Positions 20,850 to 31,038 of a stretch of 64,000 nucleotides of DNA are shown here, piece after piece. How positions within the stretch are numbered: the first letter of the stretch is position 1; each line of letters begins with the position of its first letter. A program made the position numbers and the translations under genes. The notes below the pieces were generated by a model. It ran no database searches. It saw only the letters and a program-made list of their open reading frames with translations, and had not been told where the DNA came from. The stretch is from a bacterium (GTDB taxonomy: Bacteria > Zhuqueibacterota > Zhuqueibacteria > Residuimicrobiales > Krinioviventaceae): NCBI GenBank assembly GCA_963674595.2, contig CAXXFV010000023.1, positions 736,001 to 800,000 on the forward strand, read 5' to 3'.

Positions 20850-21009
20850 TACTGGAAATAACGTCTCAAAAACTGGAATTGCGAAATCAGCAGGGTTTTA
20901 TTTTCTGGTAGCAGATCTTGGTTTTCGAATTTCAGATTTTGTGGTTGGGATTTTACGCCTTTGGCAGGAGGGTGCTTCACATGTCGTAATTCTGTTCTAA
21001 TATATACCT

Positions 21010-22182
21010 ATGAAAATCAAAGTTGGCCTCGAGGTACTCCTTGAGAAAAAAATGGAATTGCTGAAGGGCGCACGCATCGGCCTGGTGGGCCACCAGCCGT
21101 CAGTCAACTCTACCCTGGATCATGCTGTGAACCTTCTCAACAATCATCCATCGGTGCGGCTGACCACTGTATTCGGGCCGCAGCACGGCATTTGGGGAGA
21201 AACCCAGGACAACATGATTGAGTGGAGGAGCTACCGGGATCCAAGGACCGGGCTGCCCTTCTTCAGCCTGTACGGAGAAACCCGCAAACCGACCCCGGAA
21301 ATGCTGGAAGAAGTTGATACCATCGTTATTGACCTGCAGGATGTTGGGGCGCGATATTACACCTATATCTATACCATGGCCTTGACCATGGAGGCATGTG
21401 CCGAACTGGGGAAAAAAGTTATTGTCCTGGACAGGCCTAATCCAATAGACGGGATTCATATAGAAGGACCGATGCTGGACCCTGCCTTTAAATCCTTTGT
21501 CGGATTGTATCCGCTGCCGGCCAGGCCCGGCATGACCATCGGAGAGCTGGCCCTCTATTTCAACCAGGAATGCGGGATCAGCTGCGACCTGGCGGTGATA
21601 CCAATGGAAAACTGGGACCGGGAGATGTATTTTGAGGACACCGGATTCCCCTGGGTCATCCCTTCCCCTAACATGCCGGCAATCACTACGGCGGCTGTTT
21701 ATCCGGGCATGTGCCTTTTTGAAGCCACCAATGTCTCAGAAGCGCGGGGCACAACCCTTCCCTTCGAACTGACCGGCGCGCCCTGGGTGAAAGATCCCCA
21801 CCAATTTGCTGAAAGGATGGGAGAATTTTCACTCCCCGGGGTGACGTTCAGGCCCCTATATTTCACACCGACTTTTCACAAATGGAAAGATCAGCTGATA
21901 GGGGGAGTACAAACCCATGTGACTGACAGGAAACTTTTCAAACCTTTCCTGACCTCCCTGGCCCTGGTTGTCGCCTACCGGGAATCGGGAGGCCTGGATT
22001 TTAAATGGAAGGATCCCCCCTACGAATATGAATATGACCTGCTGCCTTTTGACATCCTGGCGGGATCAGACCGGACCAGGCTGCAGGTTGAAAGCGGGGC
22101 CAGCCTGGCAGAAATAGAAAATTCCTGGAAACCCGGCCTGAAAGAATTCAGAAAAATCCGGCAGGGTTACCTGCTCTACTGA
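21010..22182 (+). CDS. namZ: Exo-beta-N-acetylmuramidase NamZ (DUF1343/YbbC, GH171)
   Basis: FGPQHG, SLYG, DLQDVGARYYTY, LDRPNP, GMTIGELA, PSPNMP, C-terminal YLLY. Confidence 0.88.
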   Translation: MKIKVGLEVLLEKKMELLKGARIGLVGHQPSVNSTLDHAVNLLNNHPSVRLTTVFGPQHGIWGETQDNMIEWRSYRDPRTGLPFFSLYGETRKPTPEMLEEVDTIVIDLQDVGARYYTYIYTMALTMEACAELGKKVIVLDRPNPIDGIHIEGPMLDPAFKSFVGLYPLPARPGMTIGELALYFNQECGISCDLAVIPMENWDREMYFEDTGFPWVIPSPNMPAITTAAVYPGMCLFEATNVSEARGTTLPFELTGAPWVKDPHQFAERMGEFSLPGVTFRPLYFTPTFHKWKDQLIGGVQTHVTDRKLFKPFLTSLALVVAYRESGGLDFKWKDPPYEYEYDLLPFDILAGSDRTRLQVESGASLAEIENSWKPGLKEFRKIRQGYLLY

Positions 22183-22220
22183 CATAAATCGGTTCACTTT
22201 TTCCAGCCCGGCAGGCTCAG

Positions 22221-22784
22221 ATGGCCAAGAATAAAATTTTTGAAGAAATAGAAATAAAAATCAGGATACCTGAAGAATCCCTGGATTCATTCAGGACAAA
22301 ACTACTTGGTTACGGATTCAGTAAGACTTTCCCCAGGAGCCTGGAACTGAACACCCTGTTTGACTACCCTGACCGGAGGATTTATTCATCCGGCTGCACC
22401 GTACGCCTCAGGACCTATGGGACCCTCCATATCCTGACCTGGAAAGGGCCTGTCAAGCCTGATTCGCAGCTTAAAATCAGGGAGGAAATTGAGACTGAAG
22501 TATCCAGCCGGGAAGCTGGTATGTTAATCCTCAAAAAAATCGGCCTGCAGCCAGTAATAGAATATTCAAAATTCCGGGAAAAATACCGGTCAAAGGTCAA
22601 GGGTGAAGTCGAAATCTGCATTGATGAGACCAAGGCGGGAAATTTCATGGAAATAGAAGGGTCTGAAAAGGATATAAATCATATTGCTGCGATGATGGGG
22701 CTGACCGGATCAGATTATGTTAAAGATTCATATGTTGAGCTGCTCATGCGGGACGAAACAGGTAAAGAGGATCAAAACAATTGA
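22221..22784 (+). CDS. CYTH domain protein (class IV adenylate cyclase-like)
   Basis: EIEIK, VRLR, LTWKGP, REEIE, FMEIEG, SYVEL. Confidence 0.85.
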   Translation: MAKNKIFEEIEIKIRIPEESLDSFRTKLLGYGFSKTFPRSLELNTLFDYPDRRIYSSGCTVRLRTYGTLHILTWKGPVKPDSQLKIREEIETEVSSREAGMLILKKIGLQPVIEYSKFREKYRSKVKGEVEICIDETKAGNFMEIEGSEKDINHIAAMMGLTGSDYVKDSYVELLMRDETGKEDQNN

Positions 22785-23818
22785 AAAATCTGCGCGGGAT
22801 GGTTTTATCCGCAGGACTCGGAACAAGGTTAAGGCCGCTCACATACATGATGGCCAAGCCGGCAGTCCCGTTCCTGGGCAGGCCCTTGATCCACTATTCC
22901 CTGGACATGCTCACTGAACTGGGAATCAAGGATATAGCCGTCAATCTGCACTACCTCCCCGAAACTGTGGAAGCTGTCCTGAAGGACAGGAAAGAAAATA
23001 TCCTTTTATCCCTGGAGAAAACCATCCTGGGCACTGGCGGATGCCTGGGGAAACTCAGGGACTATTTCTCAGGAAGTACCATAGTCCTCTCCAACGGCAA
23101 AATCTATTTTACCGAAACCATGCTGGAGTACGCCCTGAAAGATCACTTCGACAGTAAATCGCTGGTAACCATGGTGCTGGTACCCTGGGAGGAAGGAATG
23201 CCTTACAAAAAAGTATTCCTGAACAGGGATCACCAAATCCTGGGATTTTCCAGGAATATTTCATCCGAAGATGAGATGCGCCGAATCAGGGAACAAAGCG
23301 GCAGGGAGCCGTTTGTATATACCGGAATCCAGATCATTGATTCAGCTGTACTGTCCAGCATCCCTGATGGGTATTCAGACACTGTCGCTGATATTTATCC
23401 GAGGCTTATCCGGAGCGGCTCATCCTTGAGAGGTTATGTCAGTTCCGGTTTCTGGCGAGAGTGCAGCACGCCTGCCAGGTACTTGAAGTCTTCGCTGGAT
23501 GTAATGCGGAAAAACCGGGCCTTACGGCATGAACCTGATCAGGCCTCAGCCGATGAAATCTTTACAGGACATTCTGTTAAGATTCCTTCAGAAACCAGGC
23601 TGCGTGACTGTGTGATCTGGGACAACTCCCGGATCGGAAGCAACTCATGTTTTGAAAACGTAATTATTGCCGGAACATCAGGCGTTTTACCGGGCGGGAT
23701 GGAAGTTAAGGATGCCGTAATTACACCCCCCCTGGCTGATATTCCCGCTGTTATGCCATCTAGTGCTGAAACCGGGCCCGGATACATAATCTGGCCTTTA
23801 AATGAATCAAGGGATTAA
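22781..23818 (+). CDS. murU: Sugar-phosphate nucleotidyltransferase, MurU-like
   Basis: MVLSAGLGTRLRPLT...KPAVP, NLHYL, ILGTGG; adjacent to amgK-like kinase. Confidence 0.7.
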   Translation: MKNLRGMVLSAGLGTRLRPLTYMMAKPAVPFLGRPLIHYSLDMLTELGIKDIAVNLHYLPETVEAVLKDRKENILLSLEKTILGTGGCLGKLRDYFSGSTIVLSNGKIYFTETMLEYALKDHFDSKSLVTMVLVPWEEGMPYKKVFLNRDHQILGFSRNISSEDEMRRIREQSGREPFVYTGIQIIDSAVLSSIPDGYSDTVADIYPRLIRSGSSLRGYVSSGFWRECSTPARYLKSSLDVMRKNRALRHEPDQASADEIFTGHSVKIPSETRLRDCVIWDNSRIGSNSCFENVIIAGTSGVLPGGMEVKDAVITPPLADIPAVMPSSAETGPGYIIWPLNESRD

Positions 23819-23848
23819 TTTCCCCTGTTTACCAAGGAACGACAAAAC

Positions 23849-24895
23849 GTGGACCAGCTCAATCCCAATCCTATTCAACAAAGGCTGATGGAGTTCATCC
23901 GAAAGGAATTGGCTCCCGAAAACGGAAGCTACAGTGTCAGGAAACTTCTGGGGGATGCCTCTTCCCGCCAGTATTACCGTTATGTGGCAGGTTCAGGGGA
24001 ATCCTTCATAATGGCGGCCTATCCTGAACCTTTTGCGGAAGATCATTTCTCCTATAAAGAGATCTATGACATCCTCCGCCTGATTGATGTGCCTGTTCCC
24101 GAGATTTTGAAGATTGACGGGCCCCTGGGCATTGTCTTCCAGGAAGACCTTGGAGATGAGTCTTTGCAGAAAACCCTGGCAGAAACTCCTTCCAACATGA
24201 AAAAAATCCTCCTGGAAACTGCTATGGACATGATCATAAAGATCCAGGAAAAAGGAACTCACGCTTTCAAACCTGAGTATGAGGGGTACAAACTGGCGTT
24301 TGACCGGGAAAAGCTGATCTGGGAATTCAATTTTTTCAGGAAGCACTACCTGGGTAATTACCGGGGAGTCAGTTACGATTCAGCCGAAAGCATAACTTCA
24401 GAGTTTGCAATCATTGCCGAGGAATTGGCTGGCCTGCCGCGGGTCCTCTGCCACAGGGATTTTCATGTACGCAATATAATGGTAAAAAACGGAATCCAGT
24501 ACCTGATTGATTTCCAGGATGCCAGGTGGGGCCCACTGGTTTATGATGTATCATCTCTTTTAAAGGATTCGATGAGCCTGGACCGTGAAACGATAGACAG
24601 TGTCCTGCTTTACTACCGTAAGGAGATTGTCAAATGTGACCTCCCCGGACAAAACAAGGCGCAGCTGGAGCCGAAATTTTTCCTCCGGCAGTTTCACCTG
24701 ATGTCCATACAAAGGCTGTTAAAGGCCCTGGGTACCTATGGATACCAGGTGATAGTCCGGGACAACTTCATCTATGAACAGTATATGAAAGGTTCTCTGC
24801 AGAGAGTCCTTCTTTCTCTCAAGGAGATTGGGGAATTCCCGAATATCGAAAATATGGTAGAAAAGGAACTCCAGTATAAACTTGAGGGAAAATAG
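23849..24895 (+). CDS. amgK: Anomeric MurNAc/GlcNAc kinase, APH-family phosphotransferase
   Basis: GDASSRQYYR, QEDLGD, CHRDFHVRNIM, IDFQDARWGP, IQRLLKALGTYG. Confidence 0.8.
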   Translation: MDQLNPNPIQQRLMEFIRKELAPENGSYSVRKLLGDASSRQYYRYVAGSGESFIMAAYPEPFAEDHFSYKEIYDILRLIDVPVPEILKIDGPLGIVFQEDLGDESLQKTLAETPSNMKKILLETAMDMIIKIQEKGTHAFKPEYEGYKLAFDREKLIWEFNFFRKHYLGNYRGVSYDSAESITSEFAIIAEELAGLPRVLCHRDFHVRNIMVKNGIQYLIDFQDARWGPLVYDVSSLLKDSMSLDRETIDSVLLYYRKEIVKCDLPGQNKAQLEPKFFLRQFHLMSIQRLLKALGTYGYQVIVRDNFIYEQYMKGSLQRVLLSLKEIGEFPNIENMVEKELQYKLEGK

Positions 24896-24901
24896 TTACT
24901 C

Positions 24902-24998
24902 TTCCAGGCCAGGCACCGGAACTGAGAACGGCGAAGTGAGATTGTCGAACGCCCTTGAATCTTGAATCTTGAATCTTGAATCTTGACCTGGCCTGGAA
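24902..24998. repeat. (CTTGAAT)4.7 array enclosed by a perfect 12-bp inverted repeat
   Basis: ttccaggccagg (24902-24913) and cctggcctggaa (24987-24998); array at 24954-24986. Confidence 0.85.
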
Positions 24999-25073
24999 AC
25001 CAGATAAATAAAATAAATGTAATTCACCCGGGGTAATAATCCTGGGATCAGCAGCTGTACGGCGGAGGAATTT

Positions 25074-26363
25074 ATGCATACCTATATTTCAGACATCAGC
25101 AAGCACGAAGGTGCCGACATAACCATTAAGGGATGGGTGTACAACAAAACTGACAAGGGAAAACTTCGTTTTCTCATGCTGCGTGACGGTACCGGCACAG
25201 TCCAGGCAGTTGTTTTCAAAAAAAATGTCAGCGAAGAGTCCTTTGCGGCGGCAGATTCAGCCACCCAGGAATCCTCGATAATCGTTTCCGGAACAGTGCG
25301 TAAAGATGACCGGGCCCCCGGGGGATACGAACTGGATGTCAAGGAATGCAGTATTTTCCAGCTCGCCGTGGATTATCCGATTACTCCCAAGGAGCATGGA
25401 ACGTCCTTCCTGATGGAGAACCGGCATCTCTGGCTCAGGTCTTCCCGGCAGCATGCCATTCTCAAGGTTCGGCATGAAATTATCCGGGCAGTCAGGGATT
25501 TCTATGACAACAACGGCTATACCCTGGTGGACACGCCGATTCTCACTCCTGCTTCCTGTGAGGGAACAACAACACTTTTTGAACTGGATTATTTCGGGGA
25601 AAAAGCCTACCTCAGCCAGAGCGGACAACTTTACAATGAAGCGGCCTGCATGACTGTTGGTAAAACCTACTGCTTCGGCCCGACTTTCCGGGCTGAAAAG
25701 TCAAAAACCCGCCGCCACCTGATGGAATTCTGGATGGTTGAACCTGAAGTCGCCTGGGCTGACCTGAACGACATTATGAAACTCTCGGAGGATTTTGTTT
25801 CCTACGTGGTCGGCAGGGTTCTGGAAAACCGCCAGGAAGAGCTGAAGATCCTGGAGAGAGATACATCTCTCCTTGAGGCCATTGTTCCGCCCTTCCCTAA
25901 AATCAGCTACGATGAGGCCTTCGGCCTCCTGGAAAAAGAAGGAACTGAAACACCCCGGGGCTCTGACTTCGGGGGAGGTGACGAGACCGTAATTTCCAGC
26001 AAGTTTGACAAGCCGGTTATTATCCATCGTTATCCCTCAAACATAAAGGCGTTTTATATGCAGCCCGATGCTGAAAACCCGGAACTGGCCCTCTGCATGG
26101 ATATGCTTGCTCCTGAAGGATATGGGGAAATAATCGGCGGCAGCCAGAGAATCCATGACCTTGACCTGATTATGAAAAGGATCAGTGAACATAACCTTCC
26201 ACCGGAAGCTTTTAACTGGTTCCTGGATCTCAGGAAATACGGAACTGTTCCCCACAGCGGTTTCGGAATGGGAATTGAAAGGGTAGTTGCCTGGATATGC
26301 AAACTGGACCACGTAAGGGAAACCATTCCCTTCCCCAGAATGCTGCACCGGATGTATCCCTGA
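25074..26363 (+). CDS. asnS: Asparagine--tRNA ligase
   Basis: OB-fold [54 protein letters not shown]. Confidence 0.95.
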   Translation: MHTYISDISKHEGADITIKGWVYNKTDKGKLRFLMLRDGTGTVQAVVFKKNVSEESFAAADSATQESSIIVSGTVRKDDRAPGGYELDVKECSIFQLAVDYPITPKEHGTSFLMENRHLWLRSSRQHAILKVRHEIIRAVRDFYDNNGYTLVDTPILTPASCEGTTTLFELDYFGEKAYLSQSGQLYNEAACMTVGKTYCFGPTFRAEKSKTRRHLMEFWMVEPEVAWADLNDIMKLSEDFVSYVVGRVLENRQEELKILERDTSLLEAIVPPFPKISYDEAFGLLEKEGTETPRGSDFGGGDETVISSKFDKPVIIHRYPSNIKAFYMQPDAENPELALCMDMLAPEGYGEIIGGSQRIHDLDLIMKRISEHNLPPEAFNWFLDLRKYGTVPHSGFGMGIERVVAWICKLDHVRETIPFPRMLHRMYP

Positions 26364-26452
26364 CCTTCACCCTGCAATAAAAAGAAGAGGATACAACCGA
26401 AACAGAACCAGACAGAGCTAAGGCTCAAAAACTTTAGGCTATAATTAAGAAC

Positions 26453-27383
26453 ATGGAAACACGAAAACTATCAGGCAAAATCACCGCGGACGCGATCAAA
26501 TCTGAAATTGTTGAAGAGGTAAACCAGCTGAAAGAGCGGGGGATAGTACCCGGGCTGGCAACAGTGCTGGTAGGTGAGGATCCGGCTTCTGAAATGTATG
26601 TCGGAAGCAAAGTAAAAACCTGCAGCGAGCTGGGCATGTTTTCGGAACTTGTCAGGATGCCGGCAGATACAACTGAGAAGCAGCTTCTGGAAGCAATTGA
26701 AAAGCTTAACAATAATGACAAAATCGACGGGATCCTGGTCCAGCTGCCCCCTGCCCGGCCAGATAAACGAAACCCCGATCCTGGAAGCCATCAGGCCTGA
26801 CAAGGATGTTGACGGTTTTCATCCAGTCAACACCGGAAAACTCATGAAGGGTGAGACATCCCTGGCTCCCTGTACACCCATGGGCGTAATGGAGATGCTG
26901 GCCCGGGAGAAAGTGGAAATAAAAGGGGGCCAATGCCGTTATCGTCGGCAGAAGCAATATCGTGGGCAAACCCATGGCCATGCTGATGCTGCACCAGCAC
27001 GCTACCGTTACCATCTGCCATTCCAGGTCCCGTAACCTGGCGGAAATATGCCGGCGGGCTGATATCCTGATTGTTGCAGTGGGACGCCCCGGCAATGATT
27101 ACCCGTGAATATATCAAGGAAGGCGCGGTTGTTATTGATGTTGGAACGAACCGGATAACTTCCCTTGATCAGGTGGTGGAGCTCTTCGGCCCGGATTCCC
27201 CCAGGATTGAATCATTTAAGAAGAGGGGTTCAACCATAGTCGGAGATGTTCAATCCCAGGGACCCCTATGGTATCGCAGCTGCTGTTACTCCGGTTCCCG
27301 GAGGTGTGGGCCCTCTTACGATTGCCCACCTGATGAAGAACACACTGATAGCCTGTAAGGTAAGAAGAGCCTCTGTATGCTAA
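26453..27383 (+). pseudogene. folD: Methylenetetrahydrofolate dehydrogenase/cyclohydrolase with four +1 homopolymer frameshifts (likely assembly artefact)
   Basis: Fragments in successive frames: [53 protein letters not shown]; extra bases near 26750, 26926, 27088, 27252. Confidence 0.9.
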
Positions 27384-27483
27384 GCTGAAGAAGCTGATGG
27401 GGACTGCCATTGCAAAAGGGGAATCCCGGGTGCGGCGCGTTTCATAGTGAACCAAAACAGGCTAAAATGGAATCTTAAGCAGA

Positions 27484-28464
27484 GTGATTATGATAAAAAA
27501 TTCAATTAAAAAAAGTGTTCCTGGTATTTTGCTGACCCTGTTTTGGCTGATGCTGACCATCACCCCGGCCCCGGCCCAGGGAAAACCTTTCGCCCAGGTA
27601 AAATCAGCCAAAGGCCCCTATTTTGCGGCGTTTAATGCTGAACATACCAAGCTCCTGGCCACCTGCTTCGCCGAGAGTGAAGTTCAGATAATAGATCTCA
27701 AGATGAACCGGCCCGGAGCCAGGTTTTACGCCGGATATGAGCCTGTCGGAATTGCAGTTTCTCCTTCGGGAGACAAAATTCTGGTTACCAATCTGAGTCC
27801 CGGGTTGGTAAAAGTCATAGGTTCAGAAAATTACGAAATTCTGGATGACATCAAGGTTGGCGGAAGGCCTTCCAATATAGTAATTTCCTCCAACGGAATC
27901 CATGCTTATGTATCCAACTTCGGGTCGGGCCGGATTGGGAAAATTGATTTCATTAATGTCAGCACTCACCGCGTAGAAGGTGAAGTTGAAGTGGGGGTAA
28001 GGCCATCCGCCCTCGTTATTTCCCCATTTGAAGATCAGCTTTTTGTTGTCTGCTCAGGGTCAAACGATGTCTACCAGATTGATATTTCCCGCAAGTCTGT
28101 CATCAACAAGGTTTCCGTGGGGCTGGGTCCAGATGGAATCGCCCTTTCCAACGACGGACTCACGCTGTACGTGGCAAACAGCAGTACCAACGATATTTCC
28201 ATTATTGATATCCTGGAAATGGAAGAAACCAGGAGGGTTTCTGTAGGTAACAAACCTTTTAACATCAGGGTTACGGAAAACAACGAGATCTGGGTAGTAG
28301 AAACGGGAGACAAGCAGATAAGCGTATATAGCCCTGATTTCGAAAGGCTCAGAACCTATAAAGCCCACAAAAAACCGGTCGATCTGCAGATATCCTCGGA
28401 ATTCGGGACCTTTTTTGTAACTGACGAAAAAGACAACAAAATCCTGATTTACCGGCTCCCCTGA
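27484..28464 (+). CDS. Secreted YVTN/YncE-type beta-propeller protein
   Basis: Signal peptide; repeated VGxxPxxIxxSxDG and YVANSSTNDISIID. Confidence 0.8.
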   Translation: MIMIKNSIKKSVPGILLTLFWLMLTITPAPAQGKPFAQVKSAKGPYFAAFNAEHTKLLATCFAESEVQIIDLKMNRPGARFYAGYEPVGIAVSPSGDKILVTNLSPGLVKVIGSENYEILDDIKVGGRPSNIVISSNGIHAYVSNFGSGRIGKIDFINVSTHRVEGEVEVGVRPSALVISPFEDQLFVVCSGSNDVYQIDISRKSVINKVSVGLGPDGIALSNDGLTLYVANSSTNDISIIDILEMEETRRVSVGNKPFNIRVTENNEIWVVETGDKQISVYSPDFERLRTYKAHKKPVDLQISSEFGTFFVTDEKDNKILIYRLP

Positions 28465-28543
28465 GTTCATCGGGCCGATCCATCAGGGATAGACGGTTGA
28501 TTTTCGCACGGTTTCTGGGTCATAACTTGCCTTCAGCTCTTCT

Positions 28544-29575
28544 TTGTTTCAATTTGGATTAATAAAATCAGACGCATTCACCGGTCCAACATTTGATATC
28601 ATTCCAGAACAAGTGAAAAGCCACACTAAAACAATTCTAAAAGCTGCATTGAGTTTCGGCCTCCTGGGACTCCTTTTCTACCGGACCGATACTGAAGAGC
28701 TGCTTAGTGTACTGCTATCAATCAACTGGTTTCTGATCATTCCGGCCGTATTCATTCTCTTCAGCACGACTCTCCTCCAGACTCTCCGCTGGAACCTTAT
28801 CCTTCGGAATTTTGATCTGTCCGTGAAATATGGATGGCTCTACAGGATTGTACTGATAGGTTGTTTTTTCAACCTGTTTCTCCCTTCATCAGTGGGCGGA
28901 GACTTTTTCAGGGCCTACTACCTTGGCAAACATGAAGGAATAGGTGTCCCCGTGGCCGCGACTACAACCCTTATCGACCGGATTTCCGGGATGTTCGCCC
29001 TGATGCTGCTTGGCCTGTTCTGCTCCTTCTTCTCCCCCCAGTCGCTGGCAGGAGTCCCCCTCAGGATGATATTTATCGGAATATTCCTGTTTTTCACAAC
29101 CGGCATAATCATGTTTTTTCATCCGGGCCTGCACAGGCTCCTGGAAAAAATTCTTATCCGCGTCAAGGCAGCCGGCCTGGCCGAAAAAACGGCCCCGATT
29201 TATGAAGGAGTCACCCGTTTCAGGCAGAACATTCCAGACGTGCTTCTGACAACCGGCCTGTCCCTGGTGATACAGGTAATTTCCATCTCTTCAGTATGGG
29301 TGGCAGCCATGGCCATGCATATTAAAGCCCCTTTCCTGCTGTTCCTTGTTTTTGTTCCACTCATCAACATCGCGGTCGCGATTCCGTTAACCATCAATGG
29401 AGTAGGCTTGCGAGAAGGCATGTACTTCCTGCTCTTTTCACAGATCGGGGTTCCCATGGAATCTTCCATAACCCTGTCCCTGGTCACCATGTTCATGTAT
29501 TTTGGAATGGCTTTACCAGGAGGATTTGTATACTCTGTTTTCAAAAAAGATCAGGCTTTTCCATTAGAGACCTGA
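28544..29575 (+). CDS. Lysylphosphatidylglycerol synthase TM / flippase-like membrane protein
   Basis: LRW, FFNLFLPSSVGGD, IDRISG, PLTINGVGLREG; true start may be GTG 28613. Confidence 0.82.
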   Translation: MFQFGLIKSDAFTGPTFDIIPEQVKSHTKTILKAALSFGLLGLLFYRTDTEELLSVLLSINWFLIIPAVFILFSTTLLQTLRWNLILRNFDLSVKYGWLYRIVLIGCFFNLFLPSSVGGDFFRAYYLGKHEGIGVPVAATTTLIDRISGMFALMLLGLFCSFFSPQSLAGVPLRMIFIGIFLFFTTGIIMFFHPGLHRLLEKILIRVKAAGLAEKTAPIYEGVTRFRQNIPDVLLTTGLSLVIQVISISSVWVAAMAMHIKAPFLLFLVFVPLINIAVAIPLTINGVGLREGMYFLLFSQIGVPMESSITLSLVTMFMYFGMALPGGFVYSVFKKDQAFPLET

Positions 29576-29591
29576 TATTAAAAATTCACTT

Positions 29592-30728
29592 ATGAAAATA
29601 GCAGCCGTAGTGCAAAGGTACGGGGAGGATGTCATAGGCGGGGCGGAAAGCCTGGCCCGGGAAGTCTGCCAAAGGCTGTCCGGAGAACACGAGATAACAG
29701 TCCTCACCAGCTGCGCCCTGGATTACCGCACCTGGAAAAATTATTATCCGCCGGGAGAGCAGATTGAAAATGGAGTAAGAATCATTCGCTGCCCGGTCTC
29801 CAGAACCAGGCACTGGAAAGGATTCGGCTATTACAGCAGGCTCCTTTTTTTCCTGCGGGATTTTGTCACCCTGCCCCGTTTCCTGGAGCAGCACTGGATC
29901 AGGGCCCAGGGCCCATTCTGCCCGGAACTGCCGGGCAAACTGCTTTTAGAGTTCGGCAGAGCCGACCTGGTCCTCTTTTTCTCCTGCCTCTATTATCCGA
30001 CAGTGGCCGGCCTGCCTCTGGCAGCGGAGAAAGCCGTTTTAGTGCCTACAGCCCACGATGAGCCGGCTCTCAGGTTTTCCCTGTACCAGCATCTTTTCAC
30101 CCTTCCCCGGACACTGGTATTCCTTTCACCTGAGGAAAAAATATTTGTCAACAGGCAGTTCAATGTATCAGAAATTCGGCAGGAGATCGCCGGATACGGA
30201 GTGGAATTCCCAGAGGTTTCAGACACCGGGCCCGGGGATTACTTCCTCTATCTCGGACGAATTGAGCCTGGCAAAAACTGCGGGGAGATGTTCTCTTATA
30301 TCCTGGATGCCGGGCTGAAACTTAAGGCGGCTGGTCCCGCAAACATGGCCATTCCTCCAGGAATAGACTATCGAGGTATTGTCACAGAAAAGGAAAAAAA
30401 GGAACTTCTCGGTGGTGCCAGGGGTGTAATTATTCCTTCCCGCAATGAAAGCCTTTCCATAGTTGCCCTGGAAGCATGGGCCGCGGGAAAACCTGTGATT
30501 GTTTCCGCTGCCAGCCCGGTTTTGGCCGGGCAGGTCGAACGTTCCCGGGGAGGCCTCACATACGGTAATTTTGAAGAATTCGTCCAGGCTGCTGACAAAG
30601 CTGACAGCGCCATGGGGATGAAAGGCAGAGAATTTGTTTTGCATAACTATTCCTGGGATGCCGTTATGAAACAATGGAACCACATTCTGAAAAACGCCGC
30701 CGTTAGGCGGCAGCCAGGTGAAGGCTGA
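29592..30728 (+). CDS. Glycosyltransferase family 4
   Basis: QRYGEDVIGGAE, PTAHDE, LYLGRIEPGKN, PSRNESLSIVALEAW. Confidence 0.88.
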   Translation: MKIAAVVQRYGEDVIGGAESLAREVCQRLSGEHEITVLTSCALDYRTWKNYYPPGEQIENGVRIIRCPVSRTRHWKGFGYYSRLLFFLRDFVTLPRFLEQHWIRAQGPFCPELPGKLLLEFGRADLVLFFSCLYYPTVAGLPLAAEKAVLVPTAHDEPALRFSLYQHLFTLPRTLVFLSPEEKIFVNRQFNVSEIRQEIAGYGVEFPEVSDTGPGDYFLYLGRIEPGKNCGEMFSYILDAGLKLKAAGPANMAIPPGIDYRGIVTEKEKKELLGGARGVIIPSRNESLSIVALEAWAAGKPVIVSAASPVLAGQVERSRGGLTYGNFEEFVQAADKADSAMGMKGREFVLHNYSWDAVMKQWNHILKNAAVRRQPGEG

Positions 30729-31038
30729 AAGCCTGCCATTTAATAGCCGGGGGTGACCGGAGGCTCCGCCGAAGGGAGCCCCAGGAATGAGGCAATGCCT
30801 CCGGCGGAACCCTGGAAAAAAGGATGCGATAAGTAAAAGGGAGTGCCACGGGTACGACCGAACGTAATAAAGGATTCAGTTCCATAGACACTGCCCGTCA
30901 TATTTTGTTTATTGGACGTTTTTCCTTATGGCTCGATTCCGATTCCGACTCCGACCCAGATTTGACTCTGCTTTAAGGAACTATTTCAGGATTATCAGTT
31001 ATAATGCTTTTCAGTTTTTATCTTTTGGCCAGCCACAC

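Noticed and set aside
30928-31038. N-terminal extension MARFRFRLRPRF of the sugar dehydrogenase
   Set aside because: It is translated from a hexamer repeat; homology starts later, so the start was moved downstream.
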